DNA of 62,278 nucleotides, counting the filler, from Vannella sp. (Eukaryota): assembly GCA_023345925.1 (NCBI GenBank). It is 9 parts of 9 records of this genome, joined end to end, with 100 filler letters (N's around TTAATTAATTAA, not from the genome) between each part and the next. Parts side by side here need not be neighbours in the genome. Positions count along the whole stretch, not along the records: positions 27,609 to 34,777 come from JAJQQN010000517.1; positions 34,878 to 41,694 come from JAJQQN010000598.1; positions 41,795 to 48,543 come from JAJQQN010000653.1; 6 more parts are not named here. The stretch is one strand, 5' to 3'. The notes beneath the pieces were generated by a model, which had not been told where the DNA came from, did not search any database, and worked only from the letters and a program-made list of their open reading frames with translations. This document shows, piece by piece, positions 34,390 through 44,723 of the stretch. The position numbers were made by a program, and so were the translations under genes. How positions within the stretch are numbered: position 1 is the first letter of the stretch; the number at the start of each line of letters is the position of its first letter.

Positions 34390-35111
34390 GAAAGATGAAG
34401 AACCAGTTTCCCGCCCATTTTGGCTCTCATTCAACTTGACAGGCTCAAAGATTGAGGTATTATAAAATACTCTTTTGGCGTTGCTTTCTTTCTCTCGTGG
34501 CGATCGAGCGATCGAGCCAACCAGAGCACAGAGATCGAGAATTCGTTCATTTCTGCACTGACCAGATCATTTTTTGGTTTGTTCCTTGAAGGAATCCTGG
34601 AAAGGAAGCATTCCTTGAAGTGATTGCAAGAGCGGCTGGTTGAGCGGTGGAGAAGGAGGCGCATTTATGAAAGTCAGACGCTCAACAACACTCCACTCCT
34701 CACAAGAGCTTCCTCTATCTCAAATACGGGTGATGGGAAAGCCAGTGGGAGTGAAAGGACAGATTGTAAGTCCTTCCNNNNNNNNNNNNNNNNNNNNNNN
34801 NNNNNNNNNNNNNNNNNNNNNTTAATTAATTAANNNNNNNNNNNNNNNNNNNNNNNNNNNNNNNNNNNNNNNNNNNNGCTATTTATTAATGATGTTTGAC
34901 ATAAAATCATCCAGGACAAGGCGAGGGACATGCCCCGCTCCTCAAAGCTCTCAATGCTCTACAGCTTATTGGTATCCTTCGACCGTTTGAATCCCTGCAG
35001 TAAACACGAGATCAGTGAGGAGGATCTGCATGATTTGTACAACGAGGAACGGTTTCGGTCATAACCAAGTAGATGAAGTCACCGGATGAAAAGGTCTTTA
35101 GTTCCGCAGAT

Positions 35112-35738
35112 TCAGTTACTGGTGACTTGGATGGGAGTGATTCTGATTGCAGAGAGGCCTGAGAAGTGGATTGCGATTGCCAAAGAAACGACTTGAGTGA
35201 AGTTACACCTTTCCATAAACTGTTCAAAGCGTACAGAGTAGGCTACGAAGTTCTCAGATTCGGAGATGGCAACTAGATGACGGCACATGAAGCTCTCATG
35301 GTGATTCGGAGCGGTGACGATTTCGAAGATCATGGTAGCTCCGTGACCAAAAGAGGATCCTGCTTGGAAGGTGAAGGCATTTCCTTCACCGATGGTGAAG
35401 TCAAGGGGAGTTTCCAATCCAGTGAATGGGTATTCCCAAGCAATCCAACCAGTTGCGTTAGCAGTGCTCTGAGCATCCAATGTTCCATTGTTAGCAGAAA
35501 ATCCGAGAATTGAGTTGGCACCAGAGGTTGGGGAGAGGGAAAGATACTCTTTTCTAACTCCCCCCATGATTGCAAAAGAGTGAGTGACGCTTTCCGAACG
35601 AAGAGAGAGATCTTGCTGAAGGATCCTAGTCGAGTCGCTGAATGGATCCACAGTGAAGGTGACATAGGGAGAAGCCGAAGCAAGGAAGGAAAGGGACAAC
35701 ATGTAAAGACAGCGCCATCCAAGCACAGAGGAGCACAT
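35112..35738 (-). CDS. Secreted beta-rich protein (paralog of 27931-28493)
   Basis: Signal peptide, then FTVDPFSD, SFAIMGGVR, NATGWIAWEYP, LDFTIGEGNAF, FEQFMERCNFT; intronless. Confidence 0.7.
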   Translation of the reverse strand: MCSSVLGWRCLYMLSLSFLASASPYVTFTVDPFSDSTRILQQDLSLRSESVTHSFAIMGGVRKEYLSLSPTSGANSILGFSANNGTLDAQSTANATGWIAWEYPFTGLETPLDFTIGEGNAFTFQAGSSFGHGATMIFEIVTAPNHHESFMCRHLVAISESENFVAYSVRFEQFMERCNFTQVVSLAIAIHFSGLSAIRITPIQVTSN

Positions 35739-35955
35739 TGAAGTGGTTGAAGTTTCTCCACCAGGAACATTGCAAGACTTCTGCCACCCGAAACTTCCAA
35801 AGAAGATTCCCCCAATCCCACAAGGACAAGACTTCATTCAGCATTATTGTCCAATTATTATAGGTGTTTGTTCACCCTTGGATTTTCAGGTTGCCTTCCG
35901 TCAATTCCATATCAATCCATAATACATATCCATCATCCTCATTTTTGTCGATCGA

Positions 35956-37569
35956 ATGAGCGAAGAGGGTCCTTTGGTCGATCCGGAGGGATCAGGAACC
36001 TTTGTTGCACCCAGAGTGCAATCCATGTGGATAGAGGTTGCTGTTCCCGGCTCTGTGGAGACGGCTGCGGTTGCTTGCGGCACCCAAGTGTCGGCCGAGA
36101 GCATCCCAAAACGTGAGGAGCTGATTCAGAAGCGAATTACGGAAGCAGAAACGAGTCAAGAAGGCATATTGGACGGTTTAGAGCTTACCACACTCCCCTT
36201 GGAGATCTGTTTACTCGCTACTATCACCAAACTATACCTCCACAACAACCATTTGGCGTCCCTCCCCTCTCAGCTTGGATCTCTAGTGCATCTGAGAGAC
36301 CTGAGCGTAGAGAGGAACAAGCTCACGTCTCTACCCAAAGAAATAGGTCGTCTGACATCCCTGGAGCGGCTCCACCTTCATGGCAACCAAATCGCCGCCC
36401 TCCCGAGCGAGATAGGCCGATTGGTGAACCTCACTCGCCTCTTCCTCAGCGACAACCGTCTCACCTTTCTTCCACCAGAGATTGGAGCTCTTAAGGACTT
36501 GCAGTGGCTGTCTCTCGACCACAACAAGCTGACAAGCCTCCCTTGCGAGATTGGGTTCCTTTCAAAGCTTGGCTGGTTCTCATTGGAGGCCAACGAGTAC
36601 GTAACTTGTAAGCTTGACTACTTAGCTGCTTCTGATGCTGCAGGATAGGATTGCCACGCTTCCAGAGACGATGGGGCAGTTATATTCTTTGGACTTTCTC
36701 TCTCTTGTGGCCAATCCGATTGAGGAGATCCCCAAATCACTCATCCAACTATCCCAACTGAAGGATGTTCGCACGGACAAGCGGCTGAAGATCCCCCAGG
36801 AGTTGGTGGAAACTAGAGTAAGTCCAAGTCACTTTCAGGGATTCTCTCTCTCACAACTGGTAGAACGGAAGGATGATACACCAGTTCCTTACGGATGTTA
36901 TTGCTCGTTGGGATCTTGATCTAGAAGAGCGCGATCATTGGGTATCAGACGACTACAGCATTAAGTGCTGCAAATGTCATGTTCCTTTCTCCTTCACTAA
37001 GCGAAGGGTGAGTCTCATTCTATTTGAAGATGGGGTCTATAACATGTAAAATCAGCATCATTGCCGCCTCTGTGGACTGCTATTCTGTGCGAAGCACTGC
37101 GACCAAGTATCTGATGTTCCGGGAATGAGTTCAACTGGCCGAGTCTGTTCCGATTGCTTTGATGTTATCGATCCTCTCCACCCGTCTAACTTGTACATGC
37201 AGCAGTGTGTAAGTCGCTTGCCTTCTCTCTCTCCCAGGACATGCCAAAACCAACTCTTTCTAGGTCAAAAAGGCACAGGAAGAGGCAAACAAGGTTTATG
37301 GACTGGCGGAGGGAGAGGAGCATCTGCCATTGATAGAGAGAAGAGCAAAGATTATCTTACAGATTGAGGAAGTAACCTCCGCTCTTCAACAGATCCACAA
37401 TGTCCAAGACGGCCTCAAACGTCTGGTGGATGTTTACCAATCATCGGGTGATCATGTACAGGCCCGAGCCACTTTGCTAGAGATTGCTGAAGCCAGTACA
37501 AAGATGGCTGAGCTGGAGAAAACAAAGCATACACTCTCAGGGATCGTCCGAACGATGGGCGACGAATAG
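35956..37569 (+). CDS. LRR + FYVE + HR1-like coiled-coil protein (several introns)
   Basis: ~8 LxxLxLxxNxL repeats; WVSDD..CCKC..FSFTKRRHHCRLCG..C..C..RVCSDC; DGLKRLVDVY HR1-like tail. Confidence 0.8.
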
Positions 37570-37649
37570 CTAACAAGTCCCATCCCAGAGCGCCCCTCAT
37601 CACTAGGGCATACAATAGTGTGATTTGAGTGCATTCTGAATGGAAGGAC

Positions 37650-37691
37650 GCATTCTATATGGAGGGGGTGCATTCTATATGGAGGGGGTGC
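37650..37691 (+). repeat. 20-bp tandem duplication
   Basis: GCATTCTATATGGAGGGGGT x2. Confidence 0.9.
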
Positions 37692-37738
37692 AAGCTAGCG
37701 ACAAGTCAAAGCCTTCATTTCCCATTTCCTGAAGGCGG

Positions 37739-38515
37739 ATGGAAGAGTGGTTGAGGAGGCACGGCAACCTCAAGCTTGCAGAGTACTTCTCTGGGGTGAC
37801 CCGTGAGGAACTACTCGGACAGCTGAATATGGAAGACTTTGTTGCCTCTTGTTTGGAGTGCGGGTTGGAAGGGGGCGAGTCACAGAGGCTCTACAGGCTC
37901 CTAGAAGAGACCACCGACTTATCTGCTTCCCCAGTAGAAGCTTCTATAACGGAAGCTGAATCAATAGGCAAGGAGAAGAGTACAACGAAGGCTGTGGAGG
38001 AGCAGACTGCCTTACAGGGTGCACATCACCAGCAGAGCGGCACATATCAGGTCGTACCTCCACATAGCGGCAGCGTGCATGCGAGTGGACATGGTACTGA
38101 GTATGCAAGAACCCATGGAAACGGAAATCAAGATGATAGAGGGGGTGGCTCGTCCCAGATAGAGATGTTCTCGTGCCCGAATGACAAATGCAGGCAGATG
38201 AGTCCTTTACCTCCTTCCTCCGAGCGACTGATGATCTCATGTCCTAAGTGCCTCTTCATTCTATGCAATTGGTGTCACCAAAGGTACCACTACTGGGGAG
38301 ACTGCGGTCAGATCGCCATCTTCGCCCAGACCAAGACCTCCACGCCCAGCAACCCTCTCTCCCCAAAGGACGACGCTCCCTGTCACACCTGCAAGCGAGA
38401 GTTCCAAGCTTACCGTTACCACTGCCTCCACTGTCCCTCCTTCTCCCTTTGTGGAGCGTGCCGTTGGCAATCGATCCAAAACCACCACCATAAGCACGTG
38501 TTCGTGGCCTGTTAG
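37739..38515 (+). CDS. SAM-like + IBR-like + ZZ zinc-finger protein
   Basis: MEEWLR..LAEYF..ELL; CPNDKC..CPKC..CNWC..H..C; CHTC..RYHCLHCPSFSLCGAC..H.H. Confidence 0.7.
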   Translation: MEEWLRRHGNLKLAEYFSGVTREELLGQLNMEDFVASCLECGLEGGESQRLYRLLEETTDLSASPVEASITEAESIGKEKSTTKAVEEQTALQGAHHQQSGTYQVVPPHSGSVHASGHGTEYARTHGNGNQDDRGGGSSQIEMFSCPNDKCRQMSPLPPSSERLMISCPKCLFILCNWCHQRYHYWGDCGQIAIFAQTKTSTPSNPLSPKDDAPCHTCKREFQAYRYHCLHCPSFSLCGACRWQSIQNHHHKHVFVAC

Positions 38516-38550
38516 ATGAACATCGTCCTTCTGTATCATTCTTGTGTTGG

Positions 38551-39568
38551 ATGGGACAGTTTGGTGGGCTCTCTCGTGCAATGGGAAGGAGTTGGGCTGA
38601 TCAGGTGTGCAGGAGCGAGAGAGTTCCTTGTGGGAGGGACTGCAGGGTCTTTGGGCATCCTTGTGGGACACCCGCTGGACACATTACGGGTGAGAGCTTC
38701 TCCTACGCCTTGGGAGTTCTGCGAATGACCGGTTCTCTCTCGGTTGTGAATAGATCCGCTACCAGACAGAGAGCCACTCCGCTACACACATTATACGGTC
38801 CACGCTACGGAACGAATCGTTCCTGGGCTTCTACAAAGGGATGGGATCGCCTCTTGCTGCTTGCTTCTTCCTCAATGCGGTCCTTTTCTACTCGTATGGC
38901 TACACCAAGGGCTTCATACAGGTACATAGATGGCCCTGAGATACAAAGAACCGATCTGACCAACTCAGCGTTCAGGAAAGGGCAAGTACATAGAGACAGC
39001 AGTGGGGGGAGCCGTCGGAGGCTTGGCTTGCTCGATCCTGTCCAGCCCAATCGAGCTCGTCAAGATCAGAGCGCAGATTGCTAAGGAGAGACATTCAACG
39101 CCCTTCTCTGGCTCGTTCTCTTGTGCTCAGTACCTGATCAGGACGGAGGGTCCCAAGTCGCTGACCAGAGGAATGTTTGTCACCATTCTCCGGGACGTTC
39201 CAGGCTATGTGGCCTACTTCATGACCTACCAGTTGTGCAAGGACCTCCTCATTGGTGAAACCAACCAAAAGATCTGGCAGCAAAGCCCTGCTCAGTTAGT
39301 CGGCCAGTTGGCGGCAGGTGGCATTGCTGGCATGGCTGGGTGGCTCCCTGGCTATCCTTTCGAGGTTCTCAAGACCCGCATCCAAGCGGGTCAGTATGAC
39401 TCTATCCCCAGCGCTATCAGGGGGAGTTTGGCCAAGGATGGCCGAAGTGTATTTGTGAGAGGGTTGGGCTTGACCATGCTGCGGGCTATTCCTGTCAATG
39501 CTACAACTTGGCTAGTCTATGAAATTCTTATGGATGCGTTAGCCTCCACTTCAAGGCCATCTGCCTGA
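38551..39568 (+). CDS. Mitochondrial carrier (SLC25A29/45- or carnitine-carrier-like); 3 introns
   Basis: Three PxD/ExxK/R motifs (HPLDTLR, SPIELVK, YPFEVLK), RDVPGY, RAIPVNA. Confidence 0.92.
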
Positions 39569-39969
39569 AATAATCGAAGTTTCGGCTCTCCTTAAAGTGA
39601 ATTATTCTCCAGAACTTGCTTTTAACGTGAGCAGGAGACCGCTGACATGCACTGTTGATTGACCTTCAGAGAAAGGAAGGTTCCTCCAATGGATTAGTCA
39701 GCCAGCGAAGGGATTGACTTGGAAGGTAGAATGGATCGATGAGGCGTTCATCGCCGCCTTTACTTTGAACCCTCACAACCTCTGTATTGGGATGCCTGGG
39801 GTGTTGATGTGTATCATGCTGAGAAACCAATTGAGTTCCATGCCAAGTCCTCTAAGAATGCCCTCAACTGAATGGACTGGGCACTCTCATTATTGTGGCC
39901 AATCCCTTTTCTTCGCTCAAGAGGGCTCTTCCTTTCCGGTTGGTCAATTCTTTTTTCTTCTTTCTCTCG

Positions 39970-40491
39970 TGGCTCTGATGGGAGGGTTTCTGGAGAGCGG
40001 AGAGACGTGGGAAGCCGGCTTATCACGAGAAGTTTAAGAAGAAGTGGGCATCTCGATCCCATCCGAGTCATGGAGTTCGAAGAGCCTGACTCCGCCCCAT
40101 TTGATCCACATGAGGTCCAACAAGTCCTATGGCTCCAATCACCAACGAGAGAATTCACCGCCCCACTCAACCACGTCCACCAGTTCTACGGAAGGACCTC
40201 TTTCATAAGTTAATCAAGGAATCGATTGCTTATGGTAAGAACCGGTTGGAGGTTCACTATCAGAGCCAACTCCCCTTTGCAAGGTTGGATGGCTCTCCTT
40301 ATGCCCAGAACCGAGTATCCAGAGCCAGCCTCCTTGTAGATGAGCCCAACAACCACGGGTAAAGGATTGGCGTAGGTAGCTTGCTGACACGACCCGCACT
40401 GGCGGCTCTGATGAAGCGAGAGTCCATCCATGAACGCGCTCCCACACCAAGAGCAATGCGACCCCCGCCTCAGAGGAGGAATAGAGCACAT
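39970..40491. pseudogene. Zinc-ribbon Nudix hydrolase pseudogene split across both strands by an inversion
   Basis: Minus 40491-40259: HCSWCG..RQCGSC..YANPLPVV..IRRAIQPCKGELAL. Plus from 39970: ALMGGFLESGETWEAGLSREV*EEVG (Nudix box with TAA at 40035). Confidence 0.8.
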
Positions 40492-40608
40492 AGTCCTAAC
40501 TTCTTCCACCAACCCTCCCAACGAACACCCCGTTTGACACAAAGAGGAGAGAAGGCCGACCGAAGGCGGATCATGAGGAAATGAGGCTTTAAATGAACTC
40601 AATGAAGG

Positions 40609-40638
40609 GCTTGCAAATGATGAATCTCATTTGCAAGC
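40609..40638. other. Perfect 12-6-12 palindrome
   Basis: GCTTGCAAATGA-TGAATC-TCATTTGCAAGC. Confidence 0.85.
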
Positions 40639-40877
40639 TCTCATTTTTGAGTGGCTATGAAGATTAGAACCATAAAATAAAGGAAATGAATGGGAGAAGG
40701 TGAAATGCAAAGGCATTCAATCAATTTCGTGCGTAAGCAGCAACTCGACCTCGTTGCTCTTTCCGAAACATGTCACTTTCAAGCATCCCTTCTCCCCGCG
40801 TGTTGGCCTGCCACTCACGCTCACGGAAGAAACAAAGAAGAAGTCCCATTTCTCTGCTGAAGGCCGTCCACAAGAAG

Positions 40878-41562
40878 ATGTCTGAGTCTCCCCCTCCCAA
40901 GAAGCGAAAGGTGAATGCCTTGCCTCAGCTCGAACCAGATGGAAGCATTGCCTCGCCTCCTGGGCAGGTAAGTCTGTCTCCCACTACTTCCGTGAGGAAC
41001 GACAGACTTCCTCGCCGTCCTCCCAAGAAAACGCTCCAATCCTTGCGACGAGAGGTCTTCGATCTTCAAGCTGAGCTTAATCAAGTTTCATTGACTCTTG
41101 AGCAAGAAAGAGCTGCAACCCAAGACGCTGCTGCTGCTGCCGCTGCTGCTGCCACTGCCGCCGCCAATGACACAAGAGATCGGTTGCTCAAGCAGTTGAA
41201 GGAGAAGAATGCAGAAATTGCAAAGCTCATAGAGCAATTGGCAGGCTCTGGCAGCGATTCTGAACCGGAGTCCCCAACCGTTATCATTTTCGAGGTACCC
41301 AACTAACCCAGGCCGAAATGAGATGGAGACAGGAGCAAGTCCCGAAAACCCGAACGACGAGAGCTCTTATGAGAGCTCAAGCCCCGAAAACCCGAACGAC
41401 GAGAGCTTTTATGAGACCCGTCCTCCTTCTCCACAGGATCCTCTTGAAACGGATCCAAGGGCATATCGCCCAGAACCAAGAGGAAGGCCGCAACGGAACT
41501 GCCGAATCACCCATTCTGTGCAGTGCATAAACTCTGGTGGAGATGACTGTACCCTTCCTTGA
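40878..41562 (+). CDS. Hypothetical protein with NLS, coiled coil and Ala tract; exon structure uncertain
   Basis: MSESPPPKKRKV; LQSLRREVFDLQAELNQV; poly-Ala; downstream frame with SPENPNDESSYE repeats. Confidence 0.4.
41337..41416 (+). repeat. 42-bp tandem duplication
   Basis: AAG(T/C)CCCGAAAACCCGAACGACGAGAGCT(C/T)TTATGAGA x2. Confidence 0.9.
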
Positions 41563-42462
41563 AGCGTGCCTGCAGAGCTTTACAGTGTCCAATCCCCTAA
41601 CACGTAGATGAGTATGCTTACACGATCTTGTAGTGCAACCTCCCACTCGAGCAGCCCTCGGCCAGAAGAACGACCAAGGCTGAGGTTCCCTGGANNNNNN
41701 NNNNNNNNNNNNNNNNNNNNNNNNNNNNNNNNNNNNNNTTAATTAATTAANNNNNNNNNNNNNNNNNNNNNNNNNNNNNNNNNNNNNNNNNNNNTTCTTG
41801 AATGAAAACTGATGGAGGCTGGTCACCAGGCCGTAAGTCGGTTCAAAACAGTTGGACTAGCACCAATCGCCTTTATGTAGAGAAATGCAAGCCATCTCAA
41901 TCCAAAACGAACCCCACGACTAACTGGCTGCTCTAAAGGGAGTAGGGTAAGTAATGATTAATCAAGTGTTCACTTCAGGTGCAGTGGGTAAGTGGCCTTC
42001 TCATGATTTACACCGTAGGCGACTGGATCGCTCAGGATCGGTAGGACTTCTCCTCCCCTCATACCAACAAAACGAATGACCAGTCATATCCACCTCTTCT
42101 GGATAAGCTTTTTGGCTAATTTCATCTTTTCAGTTTTTCGGTGTGGCACACTTATGAACAACGAGTATTCGATTGGTTGTCAGTCACTCACGCCCAGAGA
42201 GAATCGGCTTGATGGAACCACTTTCTCATTTTATCCTCTTCAGAAGGATTAGCTTTACTACCTCCCACTCGGCTCCCTTCTTGGAGTTTCACTCCGCTAG
42301 TTCTCGGTCAATTACAAAGACTCCCGGGGCATCCGAATGCCGCAGAGGATGACATCCGCAAACTCAGGTGGATAGTCTGCATGGCCATTTATGGCTCGAT
42401 GGAGAAAGGCAGATTAGAAGGCAATCCACCACTTGAGCTAGGCCAACCACAGACGCCCCGCC

Positions 42463-44471
42463 TTATTGGCCTTGCTCCATCATCGCCTCAAGAAGAGCTG
42501 GGTAATTGGGAGTGCCAAAACCAGTGGTGGGATCCCAGCCAGGCATTGCAGCGAATCCTGGCCTGATACAAAGCAGTGTCTTCCCAGAAGAAATAGCAAC
42601 CTTCAATAGATGAGAACAATTCACAAAGAGAGAGTCTCTTCCTCACCGAGTTGTTGCCCATGGTAATGTCATGCGTGATTGAGGGATTGGCTGCATACAT
42701 TTGATAGAGCACCGGATTGATGAATCCCAAAGGCTTCTTTCCAGCATTCAAAAGATTGTCATTGATTAGAGAAAAGAGGGCAGCGACAGCAGGAGTACTA
42801 GCAGAGGTTCTGGAAGAAAGGTAAGACTCCAAAGCTATGACGGACAACAAGTTACCCATCTACTCCTCTTGGATGACCTTTCACAATCATAAAGTTATGA
42901 GCCAGAGCCGCAATATCAGGGTAGGCACGGCCAGAGGAATTGAAGTCATTAGCGGGGGGAATCATGGTCGAGTTTGATAGATAGGATTTGATTTGACCAG
43001 TTTGCCAGGATGGCGCTGGCGCAACGTTGGAGAACCCTCCGCCGCTAATAATGCTCGAATCTGGGACTTGACAGACAACCTCGATTCCAGATCCAGCACA
43101 AGTCACTCGATCCTTCAAGCAGAAAGGGGGAAGAGGATTGGCTAAAGTGGAAGCGGAGGAGAACATTGTCCCTCCCACAGTCGTCACCCAGGGAGAGGAT
43201 GCCGGAAACATTGGCTCCATGACCATTGGGTTCCTGCAATCAAGAATCTGGGCGGTGATAGTTCCTACATCTCCAGACCCTACAAAGACTGAGATTCCAG
43301 TCATTGCCATTTTCTGCAATCCAACGTTGGAGGCTTGGACATACGAAGCGTCTGTCCCTCCAACCTGACTGCAAGGAGCTCCTATCTTGTTTGTCAAGAG
43401 AACACACTAAACTGATTCAGGAAAGAACTTCAGTCAAGATAAGAAACTCACTTGCTGTTGTTCGCCCCACCCATAAGAGATGGAGAAGACCAATGGGACA
43501 GGAAGATTCGACAAGAGACGAGTCTGGATAAGACTAGTGAAGTCATAAATCCACCCATTCACTGCATAGTAAGAGGTGGGCACTCCAGGAGCCATGCCCA
43601 TCAGGTACTGAACGTCCAAATTGGATTCTATGCTCATGTTAGCTGCCTGCCACCAGTCAAAAAACTAACCTGCAGACTCAGCCAAAGGAGCGTACACAAA
43701 GTTCCCTACAATGTAGCTCAAAGTTGCATTGACATCGCCATCCGTGATATTCATGAAAGTCTAACTTAGTGAGCACAGTGCTCCAGAAGGTGGAAGAAGC
43801 TTCCTTACTTTCAAATCCGGAAAGGAAATCCCTGTGAATGGTCCAAATCCGGCTACTCCTTGCGAACTGGACGGATTTGTTGCCACATAGTCAGTTGGAA
43901 CGCCATATTGAGCGCGGAGAGTCTCAGGTACGACATAGTAATCGTCCACAGGGTTTTTAGAGCCTCCTGCGAGATAGCTAGAAGGGTAAGGAAGGTTCGC
44001 GATGCCCGTAATAAAGTTCACAATATTGTGGAACTCCTTTGGAATGACGGGGTTGGATACTGCGCGGTGGATAGTCACTTTGCGTGATACATGTTGGAAA
44101 GCATGGTATTTCACATGGAACGCAGCCTCCAGCTTAGCAATAGGCCCTTTCACAGAGACGAAGTCCGAGAAGTCCTTTGCTTCAAGACCAAAGGAGCTCA
44201 ACCAATGAAGTAAACGGCGAACTTCCACAGCAGAGGGACGAGTGATCTCATTGAGCTCTTCCATTGACCGCCAATCGCGAAAGTCAGGTGAACCTGGAGT
44301 GGTCAAGCGCTCTGCAAGCTCGTCCAACGCATCCAAGTTACGCAGCTTCAACGCCAGAGTACCTGTCACAATCTTCTCACCTGGAGACCTCTCTATCATC
44401 AACCACTCCCCTTCCGGGTACTCTGACGCCACCGCAAACAGCACAAACACCAAAACCAGTCCGAGACGCAT
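42463..44471 (-). CDS. Sedolisin (S53) tripeptidyl-peptidase-1-like protease with prodomain; several introns
   Basis: Signal peptide; [41 protein letters not shown] (split by an intron), [11 protein letters not shown]. Confidence 0.93.
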
Positions 44472-44723
44472 TCCAAACGAAAAATGATTTTCCTCCAGCA
44501 GTCATTCATCAAAGAAATCTCGCTTGATGGCATTAAATATAATGTTCAATCCCCAAACTGTTTCTGCTGAATTGTTCACTGTCACGTGACTTTCAGGAAT
44601 TTTCCCTGCCGATCCGAAAGATAAAATCTTGCAAATCTAAAGGATTTATCCTATTTAGTGAGAACTATTCAGTCAGAACAACACTTAAAATTCTGTTGGC
44701 TGAAGTTCATTTCTTCTCTGCCG

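Noticed and set aside
40035..40037. In-frame TAA in the Nudix box as a sign of stop-codon reassignment
   Set aside because: TAA ends conserved genes here (MTR4, IMP4, NOP10), so the standard code applies
41815..41876. tRNA-like GGTTCAAA...CACCA
   Set aside because: T-stem and acceptor stem do not pair and CCA is out of register
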